From: an uncultured Thermoleophilia bacterium
Lineage (GTDB): Bacteria; Actinomycetota; Thermoleophilia; UBA2241
NCBI GenBank assembly: GCA_963702475.1
Contig: CAVPCT010000003.1
Location: forward strand, 672,001-736,000
DNA length: 64,000 bases
Direction: 5' to 3'
This document shows, one piece after another, positions 53,490-64,000 of this stretch (its first letter is position 1; each line of letters starts with the position of its first letter). Made by a program: the position numbers and the translations under genes. The notes under the pieces were generated by a model. That model worked only from the letters and a program-made list of their open reading frames with translations, was not told where the DNA came from and ran no database searches.

Positions 53490-53951
53490 GTGGTGGAGTC
53501 GGCTGCACCAGTCAGATTGCGCGGAGGCGATCGGCGGCGGACCCACCGCTTCGTCCTGCGGGAGCGACGCTCGGGATTCGAACGGCGAGAGATGAGGCGC
53601 CGCACGCCGTTCGGCGCCGCACTTGACGCGTCGCTCGCCTACCTGCGCGATCACCGGCTCGCGCTCGTGGCGATTCTGGCGCTCGCCAATCTGCTCAGCC
53701 TGCTTGATCTCGGGCTCACCACTATGGCCCTTCGTCTCGGCGCCGCCGAGGCCAACCCCATCATGGGGTACTTCTTCGAGGCGAGCGCCACGCATGCGGC
53801 GGCCGTCAAGTGCTGCCTCGCTGCCGCCGTGACTTTCGGGCTCTGGGGGCTGCGGCGCTACCGACGGGCGCTGATGACGGCCCTCTTCTTCTTCGCCGCG
53901 TTCGGCGCGGTAGTGCTCTACGAGATCGTCGGCCTTGCGCAGTTGACCTGA
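53490..53951 (+). CDS. DUF5658-like membrane protein with N-terminal [DE]RR motifs
   Basis: DRR...ERRSGFERR, then L..LD...T..AL..GA.EANP.M...K and TM helices. Confidence 0.7.
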   Translation: MVESAAPVRLRGGDRRRTHRFVLRERRSGFERREMRRRTPFGAALDASLAYLRDHRLALVAILALANLLSLLDLGLTTMALRLGAAEANPIMGYFFEASATHAAAVKCCLAAAVTFGLWGLRRYRRALMTALFFFAAFGAVVLYEIVGLAQLT

Positions 53952-54203
53952 CGCAGGCGTCCGGGTCGCGCCGAGCGCGACCGGCTCGCCTCGCTCTCTC
54001 GAGGCCAGCTTCTCGAACAGCGCTTTGGCGAACTCGGTCCGCATCCCTTGGGCGAGTGCCAGGGAGATGTCGAACGCCTCGTCGCAGAGCAGCCACATCT
54101 GGAGGTCGCCTGCGGAGATGTCGAGCGCCTCCAGAGCGGCCTCGAGCTCGACGCCAGAGGCCACCTGTCCGAGCAGCCGTTCGCGCTGTTCGGTCGTCAT
54201 CAT
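53950..54203 (-). CDS. Hypothetical HTH-like protein (3' end uncertain; ORF as read runs to 53445 across the opposite gene)
   Basis: MMTTEQRERLLGQVASG..LE.AL....I....L..WL..D..F helical N-terminus. Confidence 0.35.
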
Positions 54204-54426
54204 GTGGGGAGCCTACACCACCGCCAACGCGGGTGAGATGGGGTACTCACTCTCCGTTTGTCGCAGCGCGAGCTGACGACGAGGGCGGGGCCTGAGGAGC
54301 CGGACCTCAGCGGGGAGCCGCGGCCGGTGTCGTCCCACGTAAGGCTTCTACTTTCGTCAGCAGGGTACACACGGTGAAACGTAGGTTTGTGGCCGCGATC
54401 GCGCGGTCGCCAAGCGAGGAGGGACC

Positions 54427-54936
54427 ATGGCGGATCCAGTCGAAGAAGCCAAGAGCGAGGCTGAGGCCGACGCGGCTGCTTCGGGCGACCGGTTCAACCG
54501 GCTCGTCGAGTCGCTCGGCGGCACCGCCTCGGCGAGCGCCGTGTTCGGCGACCCCGTCGAGAAGGACGGTGTCACCATCGTGCCGGTGGCACGCGTGCGC
54601 TACGGCGTCGGCGGTGGCGGCGGCCGCGGTGCCGGGCGCAAGAAGAAACGCGACGGCGACGAGGCCGGGCAGGAAGTCGGGTACGGTCACGGCGGCGGGG
54701 TGCAGGCCACCCCTGTGGGCTACATCGAGATCAGCGGCGGCAAGGCCGAGTACAAGCGGATCGTCGACCCGGTGCGCCCGATGGCTGTGCTCCTGGTGTT
54801 CCCGCTGGTCGGTGTGATCTGCTTCGCCCTGATGGCGGTCATCAGCCTGCAGACCGCCAAGTCGGCGCGCAAGATGCTGCCAGCCATGCCACACCTGCCG
54901 CACCTGCCGCTGCCGTCGTTCCGCTGGAACGACTGA
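54427..54936 (+). CDS. GerW/YtfJ-family protein
   Basis: VFGDPVE.DGVTIVPVA.V..G.GGGGG...G.G.GGG....PVGYIEI; RBS GAGGAGG. Confidence 0.82.
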   Translation: MADPVEEAKSEAEADAAASGDRFNRLVESLGGTASASAVFGDPVEKDGVTIVPVARVRYGVGGGGGRGAGRKKKRDGDEAGQEVGYGHGGGVQATPVGYIEISGGKAEYKRIVDPVRPMAVLLVFPLVGVICFALMAVISLQTAKSARKMLPAMPHLPHLPLPSFRWND

Positions 54937-54952
54937 CATCAGGAGCTACCTG

Positions 54953-55000
54953 ACGGCGAGAGGGCGGGGCCGCTCCCTTTCGGCCCCGCCCTCTCGCCGT
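54953..55000. terminator. 20-bp perfect hairpin between convergent genes
   Basis: acggcgagagggcggggccg-ctcccttt-cggccccgccctctcgccgt. Confidence 0.75.
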
Positions 55001-55007
55001 TCCGGGC

Positions 55008-56231
<1,224 letters not shown>

Positions 56232-56528
56232 GGCGAAATCCTCCCTATGACGTGTCCGGCACCTCAGGCTCGGGACCCTCAAGGGAGTACGTCGGCGAAC
56301 CTTGCCTTCAGACCAGACTCTGGCCGGGCATCGGCAGGGATACCCTCCAGCCGCCTAGCCCGATTGGCGCGATTCTCCGTACTTGTGAAGCACAGCGCAA
56401 AGGGCCGAGAGGGCCAGACAATGCGGGGGCGGCAGGACAGAATGGCCCAGCGGCCGGCACAGCCGTGAGCGGGATCGGTCGTGCCTCAGTGGGGTGCCCC
56501 GGACGCGACCGGCACGAGCGCGAGGTGC

Positions 56529-57569
56529 TCAGGCCAGCGGCTGCTGCTGGGTGATGCAGTGGGGACCCGCGCCGAGGCGGCCGAGCTCGTGGGTCGGCAC
56601 CTGCACCACGTCGCGCCCGGGGAAGAGACGCGCCAGGGTCTCGCGGGCGGGCGCGTCGGCGGGATCGTCGAACGCGGGGACGACGACCGCACCGTTGGCG
56701 ATGTAGAAGTTGATGTACGACGTCGACATGCGGTGCCCGCCCTCGGGGTCGATGCGGCGCTCCGGCTGACGGAGCTTCGCTACCGTGAGGCGGCGGCCCG
56801 ACGCCGTCTCGGCCGCCTCGAGGCGCGCGGTGTTCTCGCGCAGCGGCTCGAATTGGGGATCGGCGGGGTCCTCGCACCACAGCGCCGCCACCACGCCGGG
56901 AGCGACGAAGCACGCCATGGCGTCGACGTGGCTGCCGATGGTGTCGTCCTCGAACGCCTCGGTCAGCCAGATCACCCTCTCGACGCCGAGATACGCGCAC
57001 AGCACCTCTTCGGCCTCTGCGCGCGACAGGCCCGGGTTGCGGCGCTCGTCGAGGACGACCTGCTCGGTCGTCAGAAGAGTCCCCTCGCCGTCCGTGTGTA
57101 TCGCGCCGCCCTCGAGCACGATGGGGGCGGTGAACCGGCGCGCGCCGGCCAGCTCGTTCACGCGGCGCGCCATCTGCGCCGTCTCCGCGTAGTCGTCGTG
57201 GATGCCCCCGTAGCAGTTGAAGTGCCACTCGACACCGCCGAGGGTCCCGTGGCGGTCGACGACGAACGTCGGAGCGCTGTCGCGGGTGAAGGAGTCGTCG
57301 GTCGCCATGGACACGACCTCCACGTTGTCGCGAGCAGCGCCCGGCGGCTCGACGCACCGCCGGCGCGCCTCCTGGACATCCGCGGAGTTCGCGATCATGC
57401 GCACCGGCTCGTGGCGGGCGATCTCGCGAGCGAACCGCGCCTGTTCGTCACGCGCTTCCTCGAAGTGGTAGAAGCCGTTCACGCGGCACGGCCACGCCAT
57501 CCAGCAGCACGCGTGGGGCGCCCACTCGGGCGGCATGGAGAAGCCGGCCTGTGCGGGGGTCTCGTTCAC
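56529..57569 (-). CDS. Agmatine deiminase family protein
   Basis: MPPEW.PH...W.AWP, RD.AP, LEGGAIH.DG.GT, HVD...FV.PG, SYINFY..NG, HCITQQQP. Confidence 0.9.
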   Translation of the reverse strand: MNETPAQAGFSMPPEWAPHACCWMAWPCRVNGFYHFEEARDEQARFAREIARHEPVRMIANSADVQEARRRCVEPPGAARDNVEVVSMATDDSFTRDSAPTFVVDRHGTLGGVEWHFNCYGGIHDDYAETAQMARRVNELAGARRFTAPIVLEGGAIHTDGEGTLLTTEQVVLDERRNPGLSRAEAEEVLCAYLGVERVIWLTEAFEDDTIGSHVDAMACFVAPGVVAALWCEDPADPQFEPLRENTARLEAAETASGRRLTVAKLRQPERRIDPEGGHRMSTSYINFYIANGAVVVPAFDDPADAPARETLARLFPGRDVVQVPTHELGRLGAGPHCITQQQPLA

Positions 57570-57661
57570 ACTGCGAGCATAGCAGCGCCCTGACGGCGGG
57601 ACGCTGCCCCGGCGCGGCCGGACCGCTGACCGTGCCGTCCGGCGCCGCGAGACGCGCGCCG

Positions 57662-58456
57662 TCAGCCCAGGATCAGGCGCTGCGGGTCGACGTCGTCGCG
57701 CAGGATCCGCAGTTCCTCCGCCGTCGGTGGGGCGGCGACCGTCGCGCGCGACAGGTCGAGCGCGAAGCCGGTGTTCTCCTGGATGTGCTCCGGTGTCACG
57801 CCCTCGTAGCGCTCGGCCAGGTACATCTCGTGCGTGTCGTCGGCGAACTTCAGCACGCACAGGTTGGTGACCACGGCGATGGGGCCGCCGCGGCGGTACC
57901 CAGCGTGACGGCGCGAGTCGCCGCCGTCGAGCCAGCCCGGTGTGGTCATGTAGTCGAGCTTCTCGACGAACTTCTTCACGCCGTGCTGCATGAAGACGAT
58001 GTAACCGCTGGCCAGCGAGCCCGCGTCGCAGGCCCCGCCGCTGCCGCTGAAGCGCACCGTAGGCGCGGCGTAGTCGCCGATGACCGTGGAGTTCATGTTG
58101 CCGTACTTGTCGACCTGGGCCGCGCCCAGGAAGGCGATGGTGTGCAGGCGCCGGTTGGCGACGTAGCTGAACGCCTCCACCAGCCCGGCGTTCAGGTTGC
58201 TGAAGGCCATCACGCGGGGGTCGGCCACGGCCATGGGCAGCTCCTCGAGCCGGGGGCCGATGCCGCCGGTCTCGAAGAAGATGTGCGCGTGCGGGGCGTG
58301 GATGCGCTTGGCTACTGTGGCGGCCAGCATGGCCACGCCGGTGCCGGCGAACAGCACGTCGCCGTCTTTGATGAAGCGGCCGGCGGCGATGGCCATCATC
58401 TCGCGCGGAGAGTAGGCGGGCGCGCCCGTCGCGGTGGCCTGCGTCGGTTCGGTCAT
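57662..58456 (-). CDS. CoA-transferase beta subunit (glutaconate CoA-transferase GctB-like)
   Basis: DG...F.GTG, FETG (catalytic Glu), FLGAAQVD.YGN.NST, GSGGA.D, NTGF. Confidence 0.88.
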   Translation of the reverse strand: MTEPTQATATGAPAYSPREMMAIAAGRFIKDGDVLFAGTGVAMLAATVAKRIHAPHAHIFFETGGIGPRLEELPMAVADPRVMAFSNLNAGLVEAFSYVANRRLHTIAFLGAAQVDKYGNMNSTVIGDYAAPTVRFSGSGGACDAGSLASGYIVFMQHGVKKFVEKLDYMTTPGWLDGGDSRRHAGYRRGGPIAVVTNLCVLKFADDTHEMYLAERYEGVTPEHIQENTGFALDLSRATVAAPPTAEELRILRDDVDPQRLILG

Positions 58457-58461
58457 CTCGC

Positions 58462-59439
58462 TCACCTCCGGTCCAGACCCGGCGCGTAGCCGGCCACCGT
58501 GTTCGCGCGGATGCGCGCCAGCTGCGCGCCACCGACCTTGTCCAGGTAGGCGTCCCAGCTCTCCACGCCGTACACCCACTCCTCGAGCCAGGCGGCGAAG
58601 CTCTCATCATCCTTGGCCACCGCCTTGTAGTGGTTCAGGTGGGCGGGGTCGTAGTCGTAGAAGTAACGGCAGGCGGTGGGATGGGCGCCGTAGGGGACGC
58701 GGACGACGGCGTCCACCAGGAACGGCGGCAGGGCGTTCTGGTCGGGGTCCAGGCGCAGGTAGTCCTCGGGGACGATCTCCTCGCAGGTGACGATGACGGC
58801 GCCGGCCGCCTTGCACTGCTCCAGGTCGGCGAAGGTGAGCCCCTTGATCCGGACGGTGCCGTCGGTGCTCACCTGCTGTGCGTGGATGATGGAGACGTCG
58901 GGGGTCAGGGCGGGGAGCAGCACGACCTCGTCGTCCTCCCCGCCGAACGGGTTCTCCTGGACGATGACCTTCTGGGAGGGGATGCCGTCGCGGCCGCGCA
59001 CCTCCGGTGGGAAGCCGCACTTCTCCACGACGTCGGTGCCCAGGCCGGACTTGCTCGGGATGAACGGCACGTTGAGCGAGCCGGCCAGGAAGCGCAGGCT
59101 CATCATGTTGTTGGAGTAGTCCTCGACGAGGATCTCGCCGCGCTCGACCGCCTTGCGGAAGCGGATGCAGGTGGGCGCGAAGCGGCCGTTGCCGCCGTAG
59201 GCGATGTCCAGGCGACTCACGCAGCCGGCGCCGATGAGCACGTCCAGCGCCTGGCCGTTGGAGTGGGCCACCAGGTGCAGGTCCTTGATGCGGCGACGGG
59301 CGATCTCGTACATCGCCGCCATCGGGTTGCGGTTGATGGTGAAGCCGCCGACGGCGATCTGGCAGCCGTCGGGCACGAACCGCTCGACTGCCTCGCCGAT
59401 GGTCATGAGCTTGCCGTCGAGGCCGTTGTGCCCAGCCAT
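58462..59439 (-). CDS. CoA-transferase alpha subunit (GctA-like)
   Basis: KLM...EAV...V.DG..IA.GGF...R.P.A, RF.AG....PF.P, PAL.PDV.IIHAQ, P.GAHP...YD.D. Confidence 0.88.
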   Translation of the reverse strand: MAGHNGLDGKLMTIGEAVERFVPDGCQIAVGGFTINRNPMAAMYEIARRRIKDLHLVAHSNGQALDVLIGAGCVSRLDIAYGGNGRFAPTCIRFRKAVERGEILVEDYSNNMMSLRFLAGSLNVPFIPSKSGLGTDVVEKCGFPPEVRGRDGIPSQKVIVQENPFGGEDDEVVLLPALTPDVSIIHAQQVSTDGTVRIKGLTFADLEQCKAAGAVIVTCEEIVPEDYLRLDPDQNALPPFLVDAVVRVPYGAHPTACRYFYDYDPAHLNHYKAVAKDDESFAAWLEEWVYGVESWDAYLDKVGGAQLARIRANTVAGYAPGLDRR

Positions 59440-59737
59440 GCTCTGTCCCCCTTGTCGCCTGCGGGCGGCGCCGGGTGCGGGGGTGCGGGTCCTGAAGACG
59501 CGAAGACCCCCAGCGGGCGTCACCACCTGAGCTGGGGGACAGGGGCTGTGCGGGAGGCCGGCGGGGGCGCCGCCGGCCGCGACCCTGTGGCAGCGCCACC
59601 ATGATACACGGGCGCGGGCGGGCGGCAAGCCGTGGCGATCCGGCCGTGAGGCACGGGCCGGCCGCGTGAGCGCTCGCCGGGTCTTGTCCGAGGGCCGCCG
59701 TGCGGTAGGCTCAGAGGCACCGAGCCGGGAGCAGCAC

Positions 59738-60859
59738 GTGGCCGACTTCAAGGACCAGATCTCGCCGCAGGCGGTGCGGACGCTGGCGGCCGAGCTCCAG
59801 CGAGCGTGGCCGGCGTTCGCGACGGATGCCTTCACGCGCGAGGCGTGCGAGGGCCTGGAGTCGCTCGAGCTCATGGCGCGCGTGCGGCACGTGGCCGCGG
59901 TGCTCGCCCGGCACTTGCCGGGCGACTTCGCCGCGGCCGCCGCGGTGTTCGACGAGGCCCTGCGCTCGCCGGGTTTCGCGTCCTGGATCTCGCTCCCGTG
60001 CGGCGTCTGCGTCGCCCAGATCGGTATCGACCACCCCGAGCTCGCGCTGCCGCTGCTCGCCCGCCTCTCACCGAGGTGTTCCAGCGAGTGGTCCGTGCGG
60101 CCGTTCATCGAGCGGTATCCGGACCTCGCCATGCAGTACGTCGGCTCCTGGGCGCGTGACCCCGACGAGCACGTCCGCCGCCTGGCCTCCGAGACTACGC
60201 GCCCGCGCCTGCCGTGGGCGCCCCGCCTCGAGCTGTTCGTGCGCGACCCCGCTCCGGTGGTCGCGCTCCTGGACCAGCTCCGCGACGATCCCTCGGCCTA
60301 CGTGCGTCGCTCCGTCGCCAACAACCTCAACGACATCTCCAAGGACCACCCCGATCTCGCCCTGACGGTCGCGCGACGCTGGCTCGCGGCCGGCGGCGAG
60401 CACGCCGACGAGGTGGTGCGCCACGGTCTGCGGTCCCTCGTCAAGGCCGGGGACCCGGAGGCCCTGGCCCTGCTGGGCTATGACTCCGACGCGCCCGTGA
60501 CCCTCCAGCGGATCAGCGTGACACCGCCGCGGGTGGCCATCGGCGGCGCCGTGACGCTCGAGTTCACGCTGCGCGCCGACGGTGACGGCGCGCCGGTCGT
60601 GGTCGACTACCTGGTCCACCATGTAGGGGCGCGCGGCGTCCGCGGGGCCAAGGTGTTCAAGCTGACCACGCGCACGCTGCCGTCGGGCAAGGCGGTGACG
60701 ATCCGCCGTCGCCACGTGTTCCGGGAGGTCACCGTGCGCCGCCTGTACCCTGGTCTCCACAGGATCGAGGTGCAGGTCAACGGCCGAGTGCTGGGCGGGG
60801 TGGACGTGGAGCTCCTCAAGCCCCCATCCTCGCCGGACCAGGATGCGGAAGCAGACTGA
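59738..60859 (+). CDS. DNA alkylation repair HEAT-like protein (AlkC-type) with C-terminal Ig-like domain
   Basis: LELM.R, SSE..VRPF, HVRRLASE..RPRLPW, YVR.SVANNLNDISKD.P, KVFK, YPG.H...VQVNG. Confidence 0.85.
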   Translation: MADFKDQISPQAVRTLAAELQRAWPAFATDAFTREACEGLESLELMARVRHVAAVLARHLPGDFAAAAAVFDEALRSPGFASWISLPCGVCVAQIGIDHPELALPLLARLSPRCSSEWSVRPFIERYPDLAMQYVGSWARDPDEHVRRLASETTRPRLPWAPRLELFVRDPAPVVALLDQLRDDPSAYVRRSVANNLNDISKDHPDLALTVARRWLAAGGEHADEVVRHGLRSLVKAGDPEALALLGYDSDAPVTLQRISVTPPRVAIGGAVTLEFTLRADGDGAPVVVDYLVHHVGARGVRGAKVFKLTTRTLPSGKAVTIRRRHVFREVTVRRLYPGLHRIEVQVNGRVLGGVDVELLKPPSSPDQDAEAD

Positions 60860-60926
60860 GCGAGCCGCGGCCGGCTGGCGGGCCGGCGCCGGCCGCGACC
60901 ACGTGTGCCTGTGCTAGCATCCGCCC

Positions 60927-61322
60927 ATGGGCGAGGAGAAGCTCACCTTCCTGTTCTCGGGGTACGCGCGCCTGCCGCAGGACGTCAGTCACCAGGCCAT
61001 GTACAAGCGCGTCGGCGTGGTGCTCGAGGTGGACCCCGACGGCGAGGTCGTGGCCGCCGGCACGACGCTCATCATGCCGGTGGCCTCGGACTTCTTCGCG
61101 CGGCTGCTGGTGGGGCGCAACGTGGTCAGTGAGCGGCGCGAGATCGAGGCCACCGTGAGATACCGCTACCGCGGGCACTCCCAGGGCGCCCTGCTCTCGG
61201 CGTTGCACAAGGCGTTCGAGGCAGTCGACCAGAGCCCGCTCGGGCCGGCCGCCGCGTCCGGGCCGGCCGCCGCAGGCGGGCCGGCCTCTGAGGGCGACCC
61301 GGAGACCGAGCAGCTCGGCTGA
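60927..61322 (+). CDS. DUF3870-like protein
   Basis: F.GYARLP......Y....V..E.D...G.......L...F....LVG...Y.G..Q.AL..A; leaderless TAGCAT-N6-ATG. Confidence 0.7.
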   Translation: MGEEKLTFLFSGYARLPQDVSHQAMYKRVGVVLEVDPDGEVVAAGTTLIMPVASDFFARLLVGRNVVSERREIEATVRYRYRGHSQGALLSALHKAFEAVDQSPLGPAAASGPAAAGGPASEGDPETEQLG

Positions 61323-61745
61323 GGCGCGGCCGCTCGCGGGCTCCGCTCGCTGTCTGCCCTTCGATTTCACCCGAATCGGGCGAGGCGGGGCGTCGTTGCG
61401 GCTCGTAGATTCGACCCCTGAGGGACGGAGGGGTCAGTAGACAAGCCCCCCACACGCCCGGCCCGATCTGAGCACCCGGGCCGAGGCGTAGCCTTGCGCA
61501 CCGCCCGTCGCTGCGGATGGCGGGCTCGGCCCCGGGTGACCTCACGGGGCCGACGGCGTGACGGCGCCGGCCGTCACGCCGGGTGCGACGGGTGACGACC
61601 GTATGGAGGTGCCGGGCGTCTTCGAGGCCGCGGTCGCGTCTTCGCGGACCGCCCGGGCGATTCCCCACGATGTGGCCAACTGGTGACGGAGGCCGGTCGC
61701 GGACGTACACTGAGGACGAAGAAGCACCTGCAGGAAGGGGTCGCT

Positions 61746-63960
61746 GTGCAGGAACGTGCAGCCGGGAACGGCACACAGCTTCCGGCCAAGCTCGCGCCTC
61801 CCGCGGCCCGCGTGCGGGACGTGCAGAGGCGGGCCGTCCTCGACGTCCTCTGCGGGAGCTCCCAACCGCTGGTCGTGTTGTCGGCTCCGGCCGGCACCGG
61901 CAAGACCACGGTCCTGCGCCAGTGGGCCGAGGACGACGGGCGACCTGTGGCCTGGGTGCAGATCGACCCGGCCGATGGCGACCCGGTGGTGCTGCTCACG
62001 TACGCCGGCCGCGCGCTCTCCGCCGTCACCACCGTGGACCCGGCGGTCGAGGATTCGCTGCTGGTGTCCGTGCCGCCGCTGCAGGAACGCATCCTGCCGC
62101 TGATGGCCGAGGCGCTGGCCGGGGCGCCGCCGTTCATCCTCGTGCTCGATGACGTTCACCTCCTCGGCTCGGAGCGGGCCTGGGAGGTCGTCTCGTTCCT
62201 GCAGCGTGAGCTCCCGCAGGGCGCGCAACTGGCGCTGGGCAGCCGTGTCGACCCGCCCTTGCACCTGGCCCGCATGCACGCGTCGGGCGAGCTGCTCGAG
62301 TTCGGCGTGCGCGAGCTGGCGTTCGACCGAGACGAGGTGCTGGAGCTGCTGGGTCTGCACGGCCTGGCGCTCGACGACGACGACGTCGACGCGCTCGTCG
62401 ACGCGACGGAGGGGTGGGCCACAGGCCTGCGGCTCGCCTGCCTCGCGGCCGCGGGGCGGCCGACGTCGGAGTGGCTGCCGCAGGTGCGCGGCGACCGCCG
62501 AGAGGTGGCCTCTTACTTCGCGGAGGAGGTGCTGGACCGGCAGCCGCCCGAGCTGCAGGACTTCCTGCTTGAGACGTCGGTGCTCACGGAGCTCACGCCC
62601 GAGCTCTGCCTGCTGGTCACCGGCCGGGAGGATGCGGGAGAGCTCCTCGCGCGGGTCGCGCATGATGAGCTCTTCGTCGTGCCCGTCGGCGACGAGGCGT
62701 CCCGGTATCGCTATCACCACCTGTTCGCCGAGATGCTCCAGGCCGAGCTGGCGCGGCGGCGCCCCGGCAGGCCGCAGGTGTCCCACCGTGCGGTCGCGCG
62801 CTGGTACGCGGAGCGCGGCCTCCCGGATCCGGCGGTGTTCCACCTGCTGGCCGCGGGTGACGTGGCCGAGGCCGGCGACCTTGTGGCGGCGTCGTGGCGG
62901 CCCGTCTGGTCGCGGGGCCAGGCGGAGACGGTGCGCCGCTGGCTCGAGTCGTTCACCGACCAGCAGATCCTGCGCCACCGGCCGCTCACGCTCACTGCCG
63001 GGTGGATCTTCACCGCGCTGGACGCCGGCGAGCTCGGCGCCCGCTGGGGCAAGGCGGCCTGCTCCGCCGTCATGACCGACGATCCGTCGCCGGACGGGGC
63101 CGCCTCGCTGCGCTCGTCGCAGGCGCTGTTGCGCGCGACCGTCGCACCACAGGGCGTCAAGCGCATGCGCGAGGACGCCGAGCTGGCCGCAAAGCTGGAG
63201 ACGGTACCGCCTACGAGCTGGTACGCAGATGCCCAGGTGGCGCTCGGTGTGGCGCGCTGGCTCTCGGGCACCGCCCAGCGCGCCGTCCATCCGCTGCAGG
63301 TTGCGGCCCGGGAGGGCTCGGTGCACAACCAGTCGGCGGAGCTGGCCGCTCTCGGCTACCTCGCGCTGATCGCCGTGGACGAGGGCGACTGGGACCTCGC
63401 TGCCGAGCACGAGGCGCACGCCACGGTGCGCCTCGCCGAGCTGGGGTTCGGCACCAACCGGCGCTGCCTGCCGATGCTGCTGGCCCGCGTACAGCTGCGT
63501 GCACACGCCGGCTGTGACGACGTCAAGCAGGCGGCGGACGACGTGGGCCGCCTGCTGCAAGCACATGGTGCCGCACCCGTGGATGGCGCTCCTCGCGGAC
63601 GTCGTGCTCGGCGAGGCGGCGGTGGAGTGCGGCGACGCGGAGGCGGCGGCCCATCACGCAGCTGCGGCCGCCGCCCTGCTCGAGCGCTACCCCGACCCGG
63701 GCATCCTTCGGCGCCGGGCCGAGCACTTGCAGGGCGCCGTGGAGCTCACGCGGCTCTTGGAGCCGCTCACGCCGGCCGAGCGCCGCTTACTCGAGCTCCT
63801 GCCCACGCATCTCACGGAGGCGCAGATGGCGGAGCACCTGTTCGTCTCCCGGAACACCGTGAAGTCACATCTGAAGGGCGTGTACCGCAAGCTCGGGGCG
63901 GCGACGCGTGCCGAGGCGGTGGACCGCGCGCGGGACGTCGGTCTGCTGCCCCGGGCCTGA
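61746..63960 (+). CDS. MalT-like ATP-binding LuxR-family regulator; +1 frameshift near 63558, probably a sequencing error
   Basis: APAGTGKTT, LVLDDVH, TEGW..GL.L, YRYHHLF. The shifted frame holds the LuxR HTH LTPAE..LL.LL.......MA..LFVS.NTVK.H...Y.KLG...R.EAV. Confidence 0.88.
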
Positions 63961-64000
63961 AGCGAGGAGGTCATCATGAGGCGTAGTCCTTCCGGCGGCG

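Larger units (their letters stand above)
47390..54300. mobile_element. Degenerate integrative island / prophage remnant at tRNA-Asn (right boundary approximate)
   Basis: Integrase next to the tRNA 3' end, restriction-system remnants, phage-like hypothetical ORFs, a second integrase relic and weaker codon bias. No clear attR found. Confidence 0.7.

Overview
High-GC chromosomal window, most likely from a deep-branching Actinomycetota (Thermoleophilia/Rubrobacteria-like). This is inferred from glyQS, thyX, Firmicutes-like gene orders and leaderless TANNNT-N6-start genes. The core blocks are yacP-sigH, pilT, two NlpC/P60 hydrolases, DUF47-pit with Pho-box-like repeats, lysA-hom, rho-dapF, rpmE-thyX-prfA-prmC-recO and glyQ-glyS-ppdK-dnaG-rpoD-tRNA-Asn. 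The main finding is a co-directional cluster: PPi-type pfk, apgM-type mutase, glycogen-debranching-like hydrolase, metallophosphoesterase, cyclic 2,3-diphosphoglycerate synthetase and 2-phosphoglycerate kinase. This is the archaeal-type cDPG pathway in a bacterium, with a candidate cDPG hydrolase inside it. A decayed island follows tRNA-Asn. It holds an integrase with a CxxC...CxxC insert fused back-to-back with a truncated mcrC, plus vsr, Ala/Tyr-rich and 11-residue His-repeat proteins, a second internally deleted integrase and [DE]RR-motif proteins. There are two toxin-antitoxin modules. Six genes carry single-base +1 insertions that are best read as sequencing errors. All calls come from motif recognition by eye; no database searches were run.
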